Part shown: positions 17,719-26,495 of the stretch, one piece after another
Numbering within the stretch: position 1 is the stretch's first letter
Layout of the letters: every line of letters starts with the position of its first letter
Source: a virus
Taxonomy: Duplodnaviria; Caudoviricetes
Strand: one strand, 5' to 3'
IMG/VR virus record: IMGVR_UViG_3300020162_001113
Location: 1-34,997 of that record
Length of the DNA: 34,997 nt
Position numbers and translations under genes: made by a program
Notes under the pieces: generated by a model
Seen by the model: the letters and a program-made list of their open reading frames with translations, nothing else
Told to the model about the DNA's origin: nothing
Databases searched by the model: none

Positions 17719-18786
17719 ATGTCTTTTAGTTGGTTGAGTTTCTCAGAACCCTTTAATAGTGGTATTGATTTTAATCAAAAAGATTCGGCTGATGTTGAGG
17801 TATTGATTTCATCGTCAGTAGATTTAGTAACATCTGCAATGAAAACTGCGAGCGCTGCTTCTGCACTATCATCTAGTACGGATATATCAGTAAGTTCTTA
17901 CAAGATTGCCTACGCTGATGTTTCTCTATCTGGCATGTCTGTCACCGCTACTGTAGCTACAGAAAGACAGGATGCGCTAGTTAGTGTTTCTGCCAATGCA
18001 ACTGTTGCTGTCTCTATGATGAAATTCGCATATTCTGAATCTTCACCTAGTTCTTCTGCAACAGTATCTCAAGAGATTATAAGAATTACTGAGATTGCAT
18101 CAACATTGTCATCTGCTGCTGATATGACTGCTGATTCATTTAAGATAGCACTATCTTCAACAGCTTTATCTGCCGCTGCGTCATTAACTAGCGCAGCTAC
18201 TAAGATTTCGCAAGCAGTTTCAGCATTGACATCATCGGTACAATTGTCGGTTGCTGGCAAGATATCTCTTGCAACAATAAGAATTGTCTTAGAAGAGTTT
18301 GGAGCAGTAGCTGTTCAAACACCAATTGTCTTTGCACAAAATGTTGCTAGCGGTATTGACGCAAGCATTTATAGAACACTTGTCTTGCTTGATGGTAAAC
18401 CATTAACAATCCACAATAGAAAACTTGATATGGGCGTAGATCCAATATTCACAGAAACTGTTAATTGGAATAATAGAAAAACAAGATATTACAAATCAAG
18501 CTCAAGGGCTGGCAGGCGTACATTCAGCATGTCTTGGTCATGGCTACCAAATTCAATAAATTACACAGTTGATGGCAATAGTGGTCGGGATTTTATAAAG
18601 AGGGTAGCCGAAGATCCAAGGCATCATGTCCTTAAGATAATTAGTATGGATGAGACTGGGACAACACCGTACTCAGAAACAAGTTATAATGTATTAGTGA
18701 AAGATTATAGTGAAACATTGATTAGAAGAGATATCCCAAACGATGTCTACTTCTGGGATTGCTCCATGAGCCTGGAAGAGGTGTAA
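17719..18786 (+). CDS. Minor tail protein: Ser/Ala 20-aa repeats fused to a Dit-like domain paralogous to the preceding gene
   Basis: C-terminal HNRK...RYY...FSMSWSWLP...TVD...YSETLIRRD...DCSMSLEE aligns by eye with 17322-17717. Confidence 0.7.
   Translation: MSFSWLSFSEPFNSGIDFNQKDSADVEVLISSSVDLVTSAMKTASAASALSSSTDISVSSYKIAYADVSLSGMSVTATVATERQDALVSVSANATVAVSMMKFAYSESSPSSSATVSQEIIRITEIASTLSSAADMTADSFKIALSSTALSAAASLTSAATKISQAVSALTSSVQLSVAGKISLATIRIVLEEFGAVAVQTPIVFAQNVASGIDASIYRTLVLLDGKPLTIHNRKLDMGVDPIFTETVNWNNRKTRYYKSSSRAGRRTFSMSWSWLPNSINYTVDGNSGRDFIKRVAEDPRHHVLKIISMDETGTTPYSETSYNVLVKDYSETLIRRDIPNDVYFWDCSMSLEEV
17839..18267 (+). repeat. About seven degenerate 20-aa Ser/Ala-rich repeats
   Basis: MKTASAASALSS / YKIAYADVSLSG / MKFAYSESSPSS / FKIALSSTALSA / TKISQAVSALTS fall on a 60-nt register. 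Confidence 0.7.
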
Positions 18787-21700
18787 ATGCTTCAATATGG
18801 GTTGTATGATAAAGAAATATCAAGCTCATTCAATGCAGCTATAGATGACATATCCCAGAGTGTAAAGCCATTAATCTTAGTTGACTGGCTTGATAGTCGG
18901 CATGTGGATAAGTATTCAAATACTGAAATTGCCAGCAGTAACGACACCTGCACCCAAAAATCTGAAGCAACGGTTAATTTAAATGTTACTGGAATGCTAT
19001 CTAATGGCAGGACACTTTCCGCTAATGAAAACCTTTTCAATAGATCAAGAGGTCGGGATTTCTATTTTACTCCAAATGAGTCAATTAATGGTATAGAACG
19101 CCAATCATTTACATGGGGAGTTTGCGATGCAAAAGATGTTAACGGTAAAACAATCACAGCCAATGGTCAATGGCATTGTCTCCCGTCTACAAAAGAAGAG
19201 AATTATGAATTTGGTTATGAGTCTGCAACTAAAAGCACTGGCACTCTCCATTCAACACTAAACGGGTACGAGCTTACATCCGCAGTGTTGTTGACATATG
19301 TTTTTACAGAAAGAAAAGTGAATTTAATTAAAGTTGTTACATCTGAATATAATGGTCAAATTAAAGCTTACAATGTTAAAGCTTATAATAACACAAGTAA
19401 TTTAGTTTACAACCAAGACGCAGAAATACCAGAGGGTAATTATTTCTTTGAGCACTATCTTGATGGTATTGCGTCAAACGATATTAATAAAATTATTTTA
19501 ACAGTTTATACAACAAAGAACCCATATGACTATGTAAGAGTAAATGAAATGTCTCCGATATACAGGCTGGACATGACTGATTATGTTATGAATTTTAATG
19601 TTTCAAAAGTCAGGGATGTTCATGAAACAAGCCTTCCAATCGCTGGCAGTGGTAGCAATACATCCTCAATAACATTTGATAATGCCTTAAAAGACTTTAA
19701 TTTGTTCAACTCTGCATCTGCATTTGGCAAGTACATGAAGAAAGATATTCGTTTCAACATCTATGCTGGATGGGAGATTCATCGTGCTGATGGTATTTAT
19801 GTAGACGCTCTTTTGAATGCCAACATTACATCCTCAAGCACAACATGGAATGTTAATAGCGTCAATGATTTCCCAGCTGGCGGTGTTGGAAACTATTATT
19901 TGCTCACCATAGAACCAAATACTGTAAACAAAGAAATAGTTATTGCAACAAAGGGTTCGGGTAACACATTCACAATAATTCAGCGTGGAGTTGGAGGAAC
20001 TACTGGTCGTGCTCACAGCTCTGGATCAATTGTGAGATTTGACATTTATGAGTATGTTCCTTATGGGTCTTTTTATGTTGACGAATGGCAGGGTTCGTCT
20101 TCAAGCATGACGGTCAGCGCAAACCTAACTGACAGAAGTAAGTTTGGTCAAGAAAAAATGTTGACAAAAGGTTTCTTGCTGCAAGACTCAACAGTTGCAG
20201 AAGCTGTTGAGCATTTGCTATTAATGACTAACTTCCCAAAATCTGATGTCCAGTATTTGTTAAATCCAGCAAAAACTTATAAAAAAAATAATGCTATTTT
20301 GCATTACGGTTTTGACGAGAACAGCATAGACAGGGCTAATTCACAAAAAGTTGTTTCAACTTCTCTAAGAGCCAGGCTCGTTCAAGTCCCAGAGAACGAC
20401 TTGAATTCAGTTCGTGATATAAAGCTTGATGCTAATGATAGAGAATTAAGCACATATGAAAAAGCTCTGGATGTAAAGGCTTACATAACGCCATCTTTAA
20501 CAACCACATCGGCAGCAATTTCTTCAAGCAATGCATTGGCTCTTGATTTTGTCAGCGGGCAGTTCACAGATAAAGATAGTGCTGTTGTTAATGAATATTT
20601 TAATGGTGTATTTGATGGCTATTATGTTCCATCTGCCACTGGAACATATTCTTTTGTAATTGGAATTAACAAAGGTGGGTTTCGTGTTTATTTGAATAAG
20701 GTAAGAATTATTGATGAATGGAGAATTATTGATTCTGGGACTAATGCGCAGGAGTATATTTTCTCTGGTGAGTTTGACCTAACAGCTGGCAATCCATATG
20801 AATTAAGAATTGAATTTTTTACAGAGCAGTATGTAAGCGGCGAGCCGTTTAAGATTTCCCTGGGGAGGGAGTATAACGGTACTCAGGATAATATATATGC
20901 ATCTGAATGCTACACGATGGTTGCTAGCGACAGGATTGGAAACAAAAATGATTACTCTTATTTAACTTTTGCATCAAATTCATGGACACAAACTGCAGGG
21001 GTTAACTTGATTGAAAGGTCCGCCAGAAGAAATGATGCTATCTATAGAGGGTCAGTCGCTATATCCCAGCCGAGCGGCGTAGTATCTGACAGCGCAAATA
21101 AAAGTGTATTGCTCGCTTCAAATTCTTATTTAAGAACACCGTACCATATATCTTACGATGTATTTAACACAGCATCTAGTTCCTACACTGGGGAATTTAG
21201 TATTCAGATTTATGCAAAATTCCATAGCGGTTCTTTTTCTAGCGATGGTGAGTATGTTAGTAATTGGAGTAACGCAACTTCAACTGCTGGTTTTGAATTC
21301 TTTAACAATTCATCATCTAATGGTTTTAAATTTAAGACAAGCACTGGAACACAAACGGTGAGTAGCAATACCGCCCTCTCCAGTTCTGTATTCAATCACA
21401 TTGCGGTTACATATAAAAGCAATTCTGTTAAATATTATATAAATGGCGTTTTAGCTAACACTGTGACTACAACAGGGACTCTTGCTGCCTTTACTGGTAA
21501 GAGCTTAACTTTTGGCGGAAGAGGGGCTGCGTTTACATCTGGGTCAGAGGTTGCACCAGCAACAATTAGAAGTTTCTATATTGATGAATTTGCGGTGTTT
21601 AATAAGTGCCTGTCCAGTCAACAAATAACTAATGACTATATAGAGACACAGATGAAGGAAGCGAGGGTGATGCCTTTTATTTACGGCAACGATGCTTCTG

Positions 21701-22782
21701 TTCAAGAAATTATTGACAACATAAGCCTTGCTGATTTTGGAAGATTATACATAGATGAAAACAATAAGGCTAGGTACGAGCATTTCAATAGATTCTTTGA
21801 ATCATCAATAGCCCAACATGCAAATGTTCAATACACGCTTTCTGATTCTTCAAATATTATTGACGCAAGCTATAATGTGCAATTGCAAGCCAATAAAATA
21901 GTTATAAAAGTAAATGGAGTAGCAAATAATTTAATTGCAAAGCAAAGTCTATGGCGTGCTGAAGACCCAACAACTTTAGGGGTGACTAGATTATCATCAT
22001 CAATGTCAAATAATGATTTAAGCATGAATGTTTTATCAACAGACAATCCATATTTTGCTAAATCTGGCTATTTAAAAATTGATAATGAAGTTATAAAATA
22101 TAGCAATACTACAAGTAACTCTTTCTTGACACTGGAGAGGGCTCAGTTTGACACATTTGCTGCATCTCACAACTCAAATACTTTAGTAAGAGAAGTGAAA
22201 AACTACGACCTGCTGTTTGATAAAGCCCCAGCTTTTAAAATAGAAAATCCTTTAATTACAAACTTGTCTACTGTTAATCCAGCAATGATTGAATTAATTA
22301 AGTATAATCCAACTCCGTATGGTGCCAAGTTAATATTGGCTGCATCAAATAATACTACTAATGGGGATATTGTATATGTTGAAGGTGAAAACCCATTAAC
22401 TGGAGAAAAGCATTTTGCTGGTATTGCTGGTATTCCAGTTATTGTAACCGATAGGACTGGGGATGTTAAAGAGCAGAAAGCGGTTCTTGATGACAACATA
22501 AGAAGATACGGTCTTAAAGAGATTGTTATAGAAAACGAATTTATTACAGATCTTGCACATGCACAAAGTTTGGCTGATTTTATTATCTCTAAAATGTCAG
22601 ATCCTGTGCCAGTTCTTAACTTAAATATATTGCCAATTCCAAAGCTACAATTGGGGGACAGAATTAGAATATCTACAATGGATTCTTTTGATATAATTAA
22701 TGGTGACTATTGGTTAATAAGTACAGAGTTCTCCTACGGGCAAACTTTGACGCAATCAATTGTCATAAGGAAGGTCGTTTAA
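18787..22782 (+). CDS. Baseplate hub / central tail tip protein with PA14 and LamG (concanavalin A-like) domains
   Basis: 1331 aa after the Dit-like genes; PA14-like FDGYYVPSATGTYSF...GFRVYLN...LTAGNPYELRIEF; LamG-like FNHIAVTY...YYINGVL...IDEFAVFNKCLS; hub-type C-terminus PKLQLGDRIRI. Confidence 0.8.
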   Translation: MLQYGLYDKEISSSFNAAIDDISQSVKPLILVDWLDSRHVDKYSNTEIASSNDTCTQKSEATVNLNVTGMLSNGRTLSANENLFNRSRGRDFYFTPNESINGIERQSFTWGVCDAKDVNGKTITANGQWHCLPSTKEENYEFGYESATKSTGTLHSTLNGYELTSAVLLTYVFTERKVNLIKVVTSEYNGQIKAYNVKAYNNTSNLVYNQDAEIPEGNYFFEHYLDGIASNDINKIILTVYTTKNPYDYVRVNEMSPIYRLDMTDYVMNFNVSKVRDVHETSLPIAGSGSNTSSITFDNALKDFNLFNSASAFGKYMKKDIRFNIYAGWEIHRADGIYVDALLNANITSSSTTWNVNSVNDFPAGGVGNYYLLTIEPNTVNKEIVIATKGSGNTFTIIQRGVGGTTGRAHSSGSIVRFDIYEYVPYGSFYVDEWQGSSSSMTVSANLTDRSKFGQEKMLTKGFLLQDSTVAEAVEHLLLMTNFPKSDVQYLLNPAKTYKKNNAILHYGFDENSIDRANSQKVVSTSLRARLVQVPENDLNSVRDIKLDANDRELSTYEKALDVKAYITPSLTTTSAAISSSNALALDFVSGQFTDKDSAVVNEYFNGVFDGYYVPSATGTYSFVIGINKGGFRVYLNKVRIIDEWRIIDSGTNAQEYIFSGEFDLTAGNPYELRIEFFTEQYVSGEPFKISLGREYNGTQDNIYASECYTMVASDRIGNKNDYSYLTFASNSWTQTAGVNLIERSARRNDAIYRGSVAISQPSGVVSDSANKSVLLASNSYLRTPYHISYDVFNTASSSYTGEFSIQIYAKFHSGSFSSDGEYVSNWSNATSTAGFEFFNNSSSNGFKFKTSTGTQTVSSNTALSSSVFNHIAVTYKSNSVKYYINGVLANTVTTTGTLAAFTGKSLTFGGRGAAFTSGSEVAPATIRSFYIDEFAVFNKCLSSQQITNDYIETQMKEARVMPFIYGNDASVQEIIDNISLADFGRLYIDENNKARYEHFNRFFESSIAQHANVQYTLSDSSNIIDASYNVQLQANKIVIKVNGVANNLIAKQSLWRAEDPTTLGVTRLSSSMSNNDLSMNVLSTDNPYFAKSGYLKIDNEVIKYSNTTSNSFLTLERAQFDTFAASHNSNTLVREVKNYDLLFDKAPAFKIENPLITNLSTVNPAMIELIKYNPTPYGAKLILAASNNTTNGDIVYVEGENPLTGEKHFAGIAGIPVIVTDRTGDVKEQKAVLDDNIRRYGLKEIVIENEFITDLAHAQSLADFIISKMSDPVPVLNLNILPIPKLQLGDRIRISTMDSFDIINGDYWLISTEFSYGQTLTQSIVIRKVV

Positions 22783-23948
22783 TGCCGTTTTCAAAAGGAG
22801 TCTCTGAGAACTCTATTCTTTTCTTTCAAGGCGGTCATAAGCATGATGGAGTGTCCTCTTCGTTAATTGATGTAACCAAATATTCAATATACGATTTTAT
22901 AGTTGGCAAGACAGGTGATTCAGCAAGGCAATCTGCTCAGCAAAGAAATTATGACAGCTTAAAGGGTGTTATATCTAGCATTATAACAACAGACATCCTT
23001 GGTCCATCTGGTGTGCGATTGGGACCGAATTCTGTTCAGTCTGTAAACATTTCTGCTGGTGCCGTAACAGCAAGTGAACTGGCAGCAAATATTGTATTAG
23101 TAAATAATATTATATCAAGTTCAAATTTTAACGGAACGGTTGCTGCAAATGGAGTTATCACAAGTCAAGGGTCAACTGGCTGGGCTATAACTAGCGCTGG
23201 CGATGCTGTCTTTTCTAACACTGCTATTAGAGGTACATTAACTGCGGGTGCTTTGTATATCAATGCAAACAATCAATGGAATGCTAATGGTACGATAATT
23301 GTAGGCAACCCAGGTGACACCACTCCTGGATTTGTCTTTAGCCCAACTTCGGGCTTGGCTGTAACAGGTAAGATAACAGCGACATCGGGGAGAATTGCGT
23401 CTTTTGATGTCATAGGTTCTACGCTTTTCACAGGTGATTCTTTTACTGGCTGGATAGCGCTCGGTCCAGTTGATGACGCAGCGTATGGCGGGGTTCCTGC
23501 TGGAGAAATATTGGTGGCTACCAGAGCCCCTAGTGACAACCATGTTGTTTATGCCAGTATGAGGGGAGAGAAGATTCTCATTCAAGATGATGATGCGCCT
23601 ACTCGCTACACTGAAATCACTAGAGATGGCATAACAGCTTCTGGAACAATAACTGCAGATTCTTTTATAGCCCCGTCTGTTGTGTATCCATATTCAGCAA
23701 GTCAGATTGCATTTTATTGGGATGGTACTGACATTTACGCAGTTATTGATGGTTCAACTCAGATATGCTTAACACAATGCGGTTCTGGTCCAGCCCCTTC
23801 TGTTGGATCTGTTTCCCCATCTGTTGCTACCGTTGATCCAGTCAACCCAGGCGGAGATTGCCCAACTTGCCCAACGCATGTGGAACCATGCTGTCCACCA
23901 GCAACTTGTGGTTACGATGAAGTTAAACTTGGTCATTTCTGTCTATAA
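22782..23948 (+). CDS. Tail fibre / receptor-binding-type protein with a Cys/Pro-rich C-terminal tip
   Basis: Probable start is ATG 22782 (TAATG overlap, AAGGAAGG upstream); fibre-like ISAGAVTASEL, GWAITSAGDAVF, GKITATSGRI; last ~60 aa contain 8 Cys and 10 Pro. Confidence 0.72.
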   Translation: MPFSKGVSENSILFFQGGHKHDGVSSSLIDVTKYSIYDFIVGKTGDSARQSAQQRNYDSLKGVISSIITTDILGPSGVRLGPNSVQSVNISAGAVTASELAANIVLVNNIISSSNFNGTVAANGVITSQGSTGWAITSAGDAVFSNTAIRGTLTAGALYINANNQWNANGTIIVGNPGDTTPGFVFSPTSGLAVTGKITATSGRIASFDVIGSTLFTGDSFTGWIALGPVDDAAYGGVPAGEILVATRAPSDNHVVYASMRGEKILIQDDDAPTRYTEITRDGITASGTITADSFIAPSVVYPYSASQIAFYWDGTDIYAVIDGSTQICLTQCGSGPAPSVGSVSPSVATVDPVNPGGDCPTCPTHVEPCCPPATCGYDEVKLGHFCL

Positions 23949-23975
23949 TGTTATGGCTGGAATCTAACCAGATGC

Positions 23976-23986
23976 TATGGTATGAT
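23976..23986 (+). promoter_or_regulatory. Extended -10 promoter (TATGgTATGAT) for the accessory cassette
   Basis: Intergenic; TG-n-TATGAT; GGAG RBS at 24004-24007 downstream. Confidence 0.55.
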
Positions 23987-24015
23987 AAAATAATATTCAG
24001 AATGGAGATTTAATA

Positions 24016-24540
24016 ATGAGCGATGCAAATGAAGGAACAGCCTGGGAACCAAAAGCCCCAACCCTACCAGAGGCAGGTTTTCAGACTTGGTGGAATTGGG
24101 AAAATAAATTTGGGGAGTACGGTGAGCCAGGTTATGAAAGAATGACATTGCCAATTAGATCTGTCACAGCTTTTGGCAATAATGACCCTTTTGATTTAAT
24201 TTGGACACTATACCGAGGCGAAGATGGATTGCTTCTTGCTGTCCATGCATCGTATTTTGATGCTAACGGGATTAGGCATCCTTTTATATTTATGGTGCAC
24301 CCAGACCATAGGGGGAAAGGAATTGCAACGAAAGTTGCTCTTGATCTGGAGCAAGAGTTTATTGCAAACGAAGCCCATAGGTATGGTCTATCGCCAGCAG
24401 AATTTGCTGCAATGTCAAGAGCTGAAATGGCAGCTTTAGTTGTGCCAGATATGTATAAAGATCTGGAGGTAAATCAATCTGGGGCGGGTTTTCTTAATAA
24501 ACTTGTTGATCAATTCTACAATGTTGAAAGAGAATCTTAA
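24016..24540 (+). CDS. GNAT-family acetyltransferase-like protein
   Basis: Acetyl-CoA-binding motif A: FMVHPDHRGKGIATKV; C-terminal NQSGAGFL. Confidence 0.7.
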   Translation: MSDANEGTAWEPKAPTLPEAGFQTWWNWENKFGEYGEPGYERMTLPIRSVTAFGNNDPFDLIWTLYRGEDGLLLAVHASYFDANGIRHPFIFMVHPDHRGKGIATKVALDLEQEFIANEAHRYGLSPAEFAAMSRAEMAALVVPDMYKDLEVNQSGAGFLNKLVDQFYNVERES

Positions 24541-24542
24541 TC

Positions 24543-24770
24543 ATGTCAGCGTATCAAGAATGGAAGAAAAGTTTAGGCGAAACTCGCCCTTGGGATGTTG
24601 TAAACCCTAATTCAGAAAAAGCTTCGGATGACCTAGCAGCCCAAAGAATTGCCATATGTCAAACATGCCCAAGTTTATTAAAAATAACTACTCAATGTAA
24701 AGAGTGTGGTTGTTTTATGAAACTCAAAACTAAATTGCAAAATGCGACATGTCCACTTGGCAAGTGGTGA
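24543..24770 (+). CDS. Small six-Cys protein (CxxC...CxxCGC...CP-x3-W, DUF6171-like)
   Basis: RIAICQTCP...QCKECGCFM...ATCPLGKW. Confidence 0.75.
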   Translation: MSAYQEWKKSLGETRPWDVVNPNSEKASDDLAAQRIAICQTCPSLLKITTQCKECGCFMKLKTKLQNATCPLGKW

Positions 24771-24771
24771 T

Positions 24772-25356
24772 ATGTCGGAAAAACTTGCTCTTGGGATTCA
24801 TGTCTATAATTTTCAAGAGATGTCTGATTGTTATGAAGTTATAAATACAAACATCAAAGATTTTTTTCAATACGGGAAAGTTGTCTCCAGTAATAAAAAT
24901 CCATATATGGATTTGAATTCAAGAAAAGTGAAAGTTTATCCTATGGGTAAAGCTTCATCATGTCATGAGGATGATCCAATAAATGTGTTTAAGAGAAAAA
25001 TTGAAAAATCAACTACTGTTGCAATAGAAGATTATAGAGGAATCCACTCTATGGATAGGTTAGAAAAAAAACATGACTGGGAGATCCTTAAATATGATTC
25101 TGGTGATTTTTTTAAAACACACATGGATGACTGTGCGGCTCATTCTAGAACCGTGTCGGCTATTGTCTATTTTAATGAAGATTACGAAGGGGGAGAGATT
25201 GAGTTCCCAAATTTTGATGTATTCTATAAGCCAAAATCTGGGGATGTACTAGTTTTCCCATCAGCTTTTACTTATATTCACAATGTAAGAGAAATAACAT
25301 CGGGAACAAGGTATGCTGCAGTTAACTGGTTTTCTTATGCAAAGCGCAGTATTTGA
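24772..25356 (+). CDS. 2OG-Fe(II) dioxygenase, prolyl 4-hydroxylase-like
   Basis: ILKY..GDFFKTHMD (HxD), YFNEDYEGGEIEF, FPS...HNV (distal His), GTRYA (2OG-binding Arg); likely start ATG 24772. Confidence 0.9.
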   Translation: MSEKLALGIHVYNFQEMSDCYEVINTNIKDFFQYGKVVSSNKNPYMDLNSRKVKVYPMGKASSCHEDDPINVFKRKIEKSTTVAIEDYRGIHSMDRLEKKHDWEILKYDSGDFFKTHMDDCAAHSRTVSAIVYFNEDYEGGEIEFPNFDVFYKPKSGDVLVFPSAFTYIHNVREITSGTRYAAVNWFSYAKRSI

Positions 25357-25358
25357 GG

Positions 25359-25370
25359 TATAATAGATAA
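25359..25370 (+). promoter_or_regulatory. -10 element (TATAAT) 6 nt upstream of ATG; possibly leaderless
   Basis: GAGGTATAATAGATAA-ATG. Confidence 0.5.
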
Positions 25371-26036
25371 ATGGCTTACGAAAATTACTCCTTTGTTTCC
25401 TGGACTGATGCAACCCCGTTGTCCTCAGACAGAATGGCGCAAATGTCTATGAATATAGAACAAGTGCGTGACTATAATGACTCAAAACCAGCTGGCATAC
25501 TTGAATTTGCAGAGTTGACAACAAATAATGTTGTATCAAATGTCGGTAGCAACGCTACTTCAATTATCGCACTCACAAACCCAGCAGGCGGTTCTGATCA
25601 AAGAGTAACTATCAATGAAAATCGCTACTATAAAGTAACAGTGGTATTCCCAGGCTTTACTGTGTATAGCAAAGGTGCGGAAGATTCTGTATTAACTTTG
25701 CAAGTGTGGAAGGATGTGCAATCAGGGTATAGCGCTACTACGCCTATTCAGGAATGGGTTTTTTCTCCATCTGCACACATCTTCCACAACACAGCTAGCA
25801 ATGCAAACATTGCAGCCAGTGGTCAAACATTTAAGGCAGATTACGGAAGATTAGCCGCTGGTACTTATAGCATATTTATGGAAAGCGCTGGAGGGCTGAA
25901 TGCTGAGTCATTCTCTGCATCAGTAAAAAGGACATTTGGGACATCAGGTAGCAATAGTGCTCCGCAAATATCTGTTAACCCAACAGCTACGGAGAAGTTA
26001 CAATTAATTGTTGAAGATGTTGGCGCAAGCATCTGA
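25371..26036 (+). CDS. Minor tail / virion structural protein
   Basis: N-terminal Y...WTDATPLSSDRMAQM resembles the attachment motif of phage tail fibre proteins; remainder is beta-rich. Confidence 0.55.
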   Translation: MAYENYSFVSWTDATPLSSDRMAQMSMNIEQVRDYNDSKPAGILEFAELTTNNVVSNVGSNATSIIALTNPAGGSDQRVTINENRYYKVTVVFPGFTVYSKGAEDSVLTLQVWKDVQSGYSATTPIQEWVFSPSAHIFHNTASNANIAASGQTFKADYGRLAAGTYSIFMESAGGLNAESFSASVKRTFGTSGSNSAPQISVNPTATEKLQLIVEDVGASI

Positions 26037-26038
26037 TT

Positions 26039-26449
26039 ATGGGAGAGCTAGCATCTAAAAGAAAAGATGTAGAGTGGGCAATTAGAAGCGTTTCTGGTGA
26101 ACATAATCCTAATTATGGCGGCGGAAAGTATATAGATGATAAAGGCTATATAAGAATCCTTAATCAAGATCACCCCTTTAATATTAAAGGCTATGTGTAT
26201 GAACATAGAACTGTGTTTGAAGCCTACCTAGGAAGATTCCTGCAGCCTTGGGAGACAGTTCACCATATTAACGAAATAAAAGTAGACAATCGTGTAAGTA
26301 ATTTGTTCTTATGCACAGTTCCAGAACATAGCGCTGTGCATAGAGAAGGCAAGAAACCAAGTGATAGTCATCGTGAAAAAATGCGTGAGAATATGAACAA
26401 ACGCAATCAAGAAACACGAGAGAAAAAGAAGAAACAAATTCTGAAATAA
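26039..26449 (+). CDS. HNH endonuclease with NUMOD3-like basic C-terminus
   Basis: YVYEHRTV...LGRFL...ETVHHINEIKVDNRVSNL; HREGKKPSDSHREKM. Confidence 0.88.
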   Translation: MGELASKRKDVEWAIRSVSGEHNPNYGGGKYIDDKGYIRILNQDHPFNIKGYVYEHRTVFEAYLGRFLQPWETVHHINEIKVDNRVSNLFLCTVPEHSAVHREGKKPSDSHREKMRENMNKRNQETREKKKKQILK

Positions 26450-26478
26450 ACGGTTTTTGCACAAATCTCTCCGAATTT

Positions 26479-26495
26479 GGTGTACAATTAACCTT
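26479..26495 (+). promoter_or_regulatory. -10 element (TACAAT) 7 nt upstream of ATG; possibly leaderless
   Basis: GGTGTACAATTAACCTT-ATG; no SD. Confidence 0.5.

Noticed and set aside
22710-22781. Upstream start extensions in the ORF track (also 24742, 26457, 30227)
   Set aside because: Downstream ATGs at 22782, 24772, 26496 and 30251 fit translational coupling or promoter spacing better
22782-24016. Diversity-generating retroelement acting on the fibre tip
   Set aside because: No reverse transcriptase and no template/variable repeat pair seen in the window
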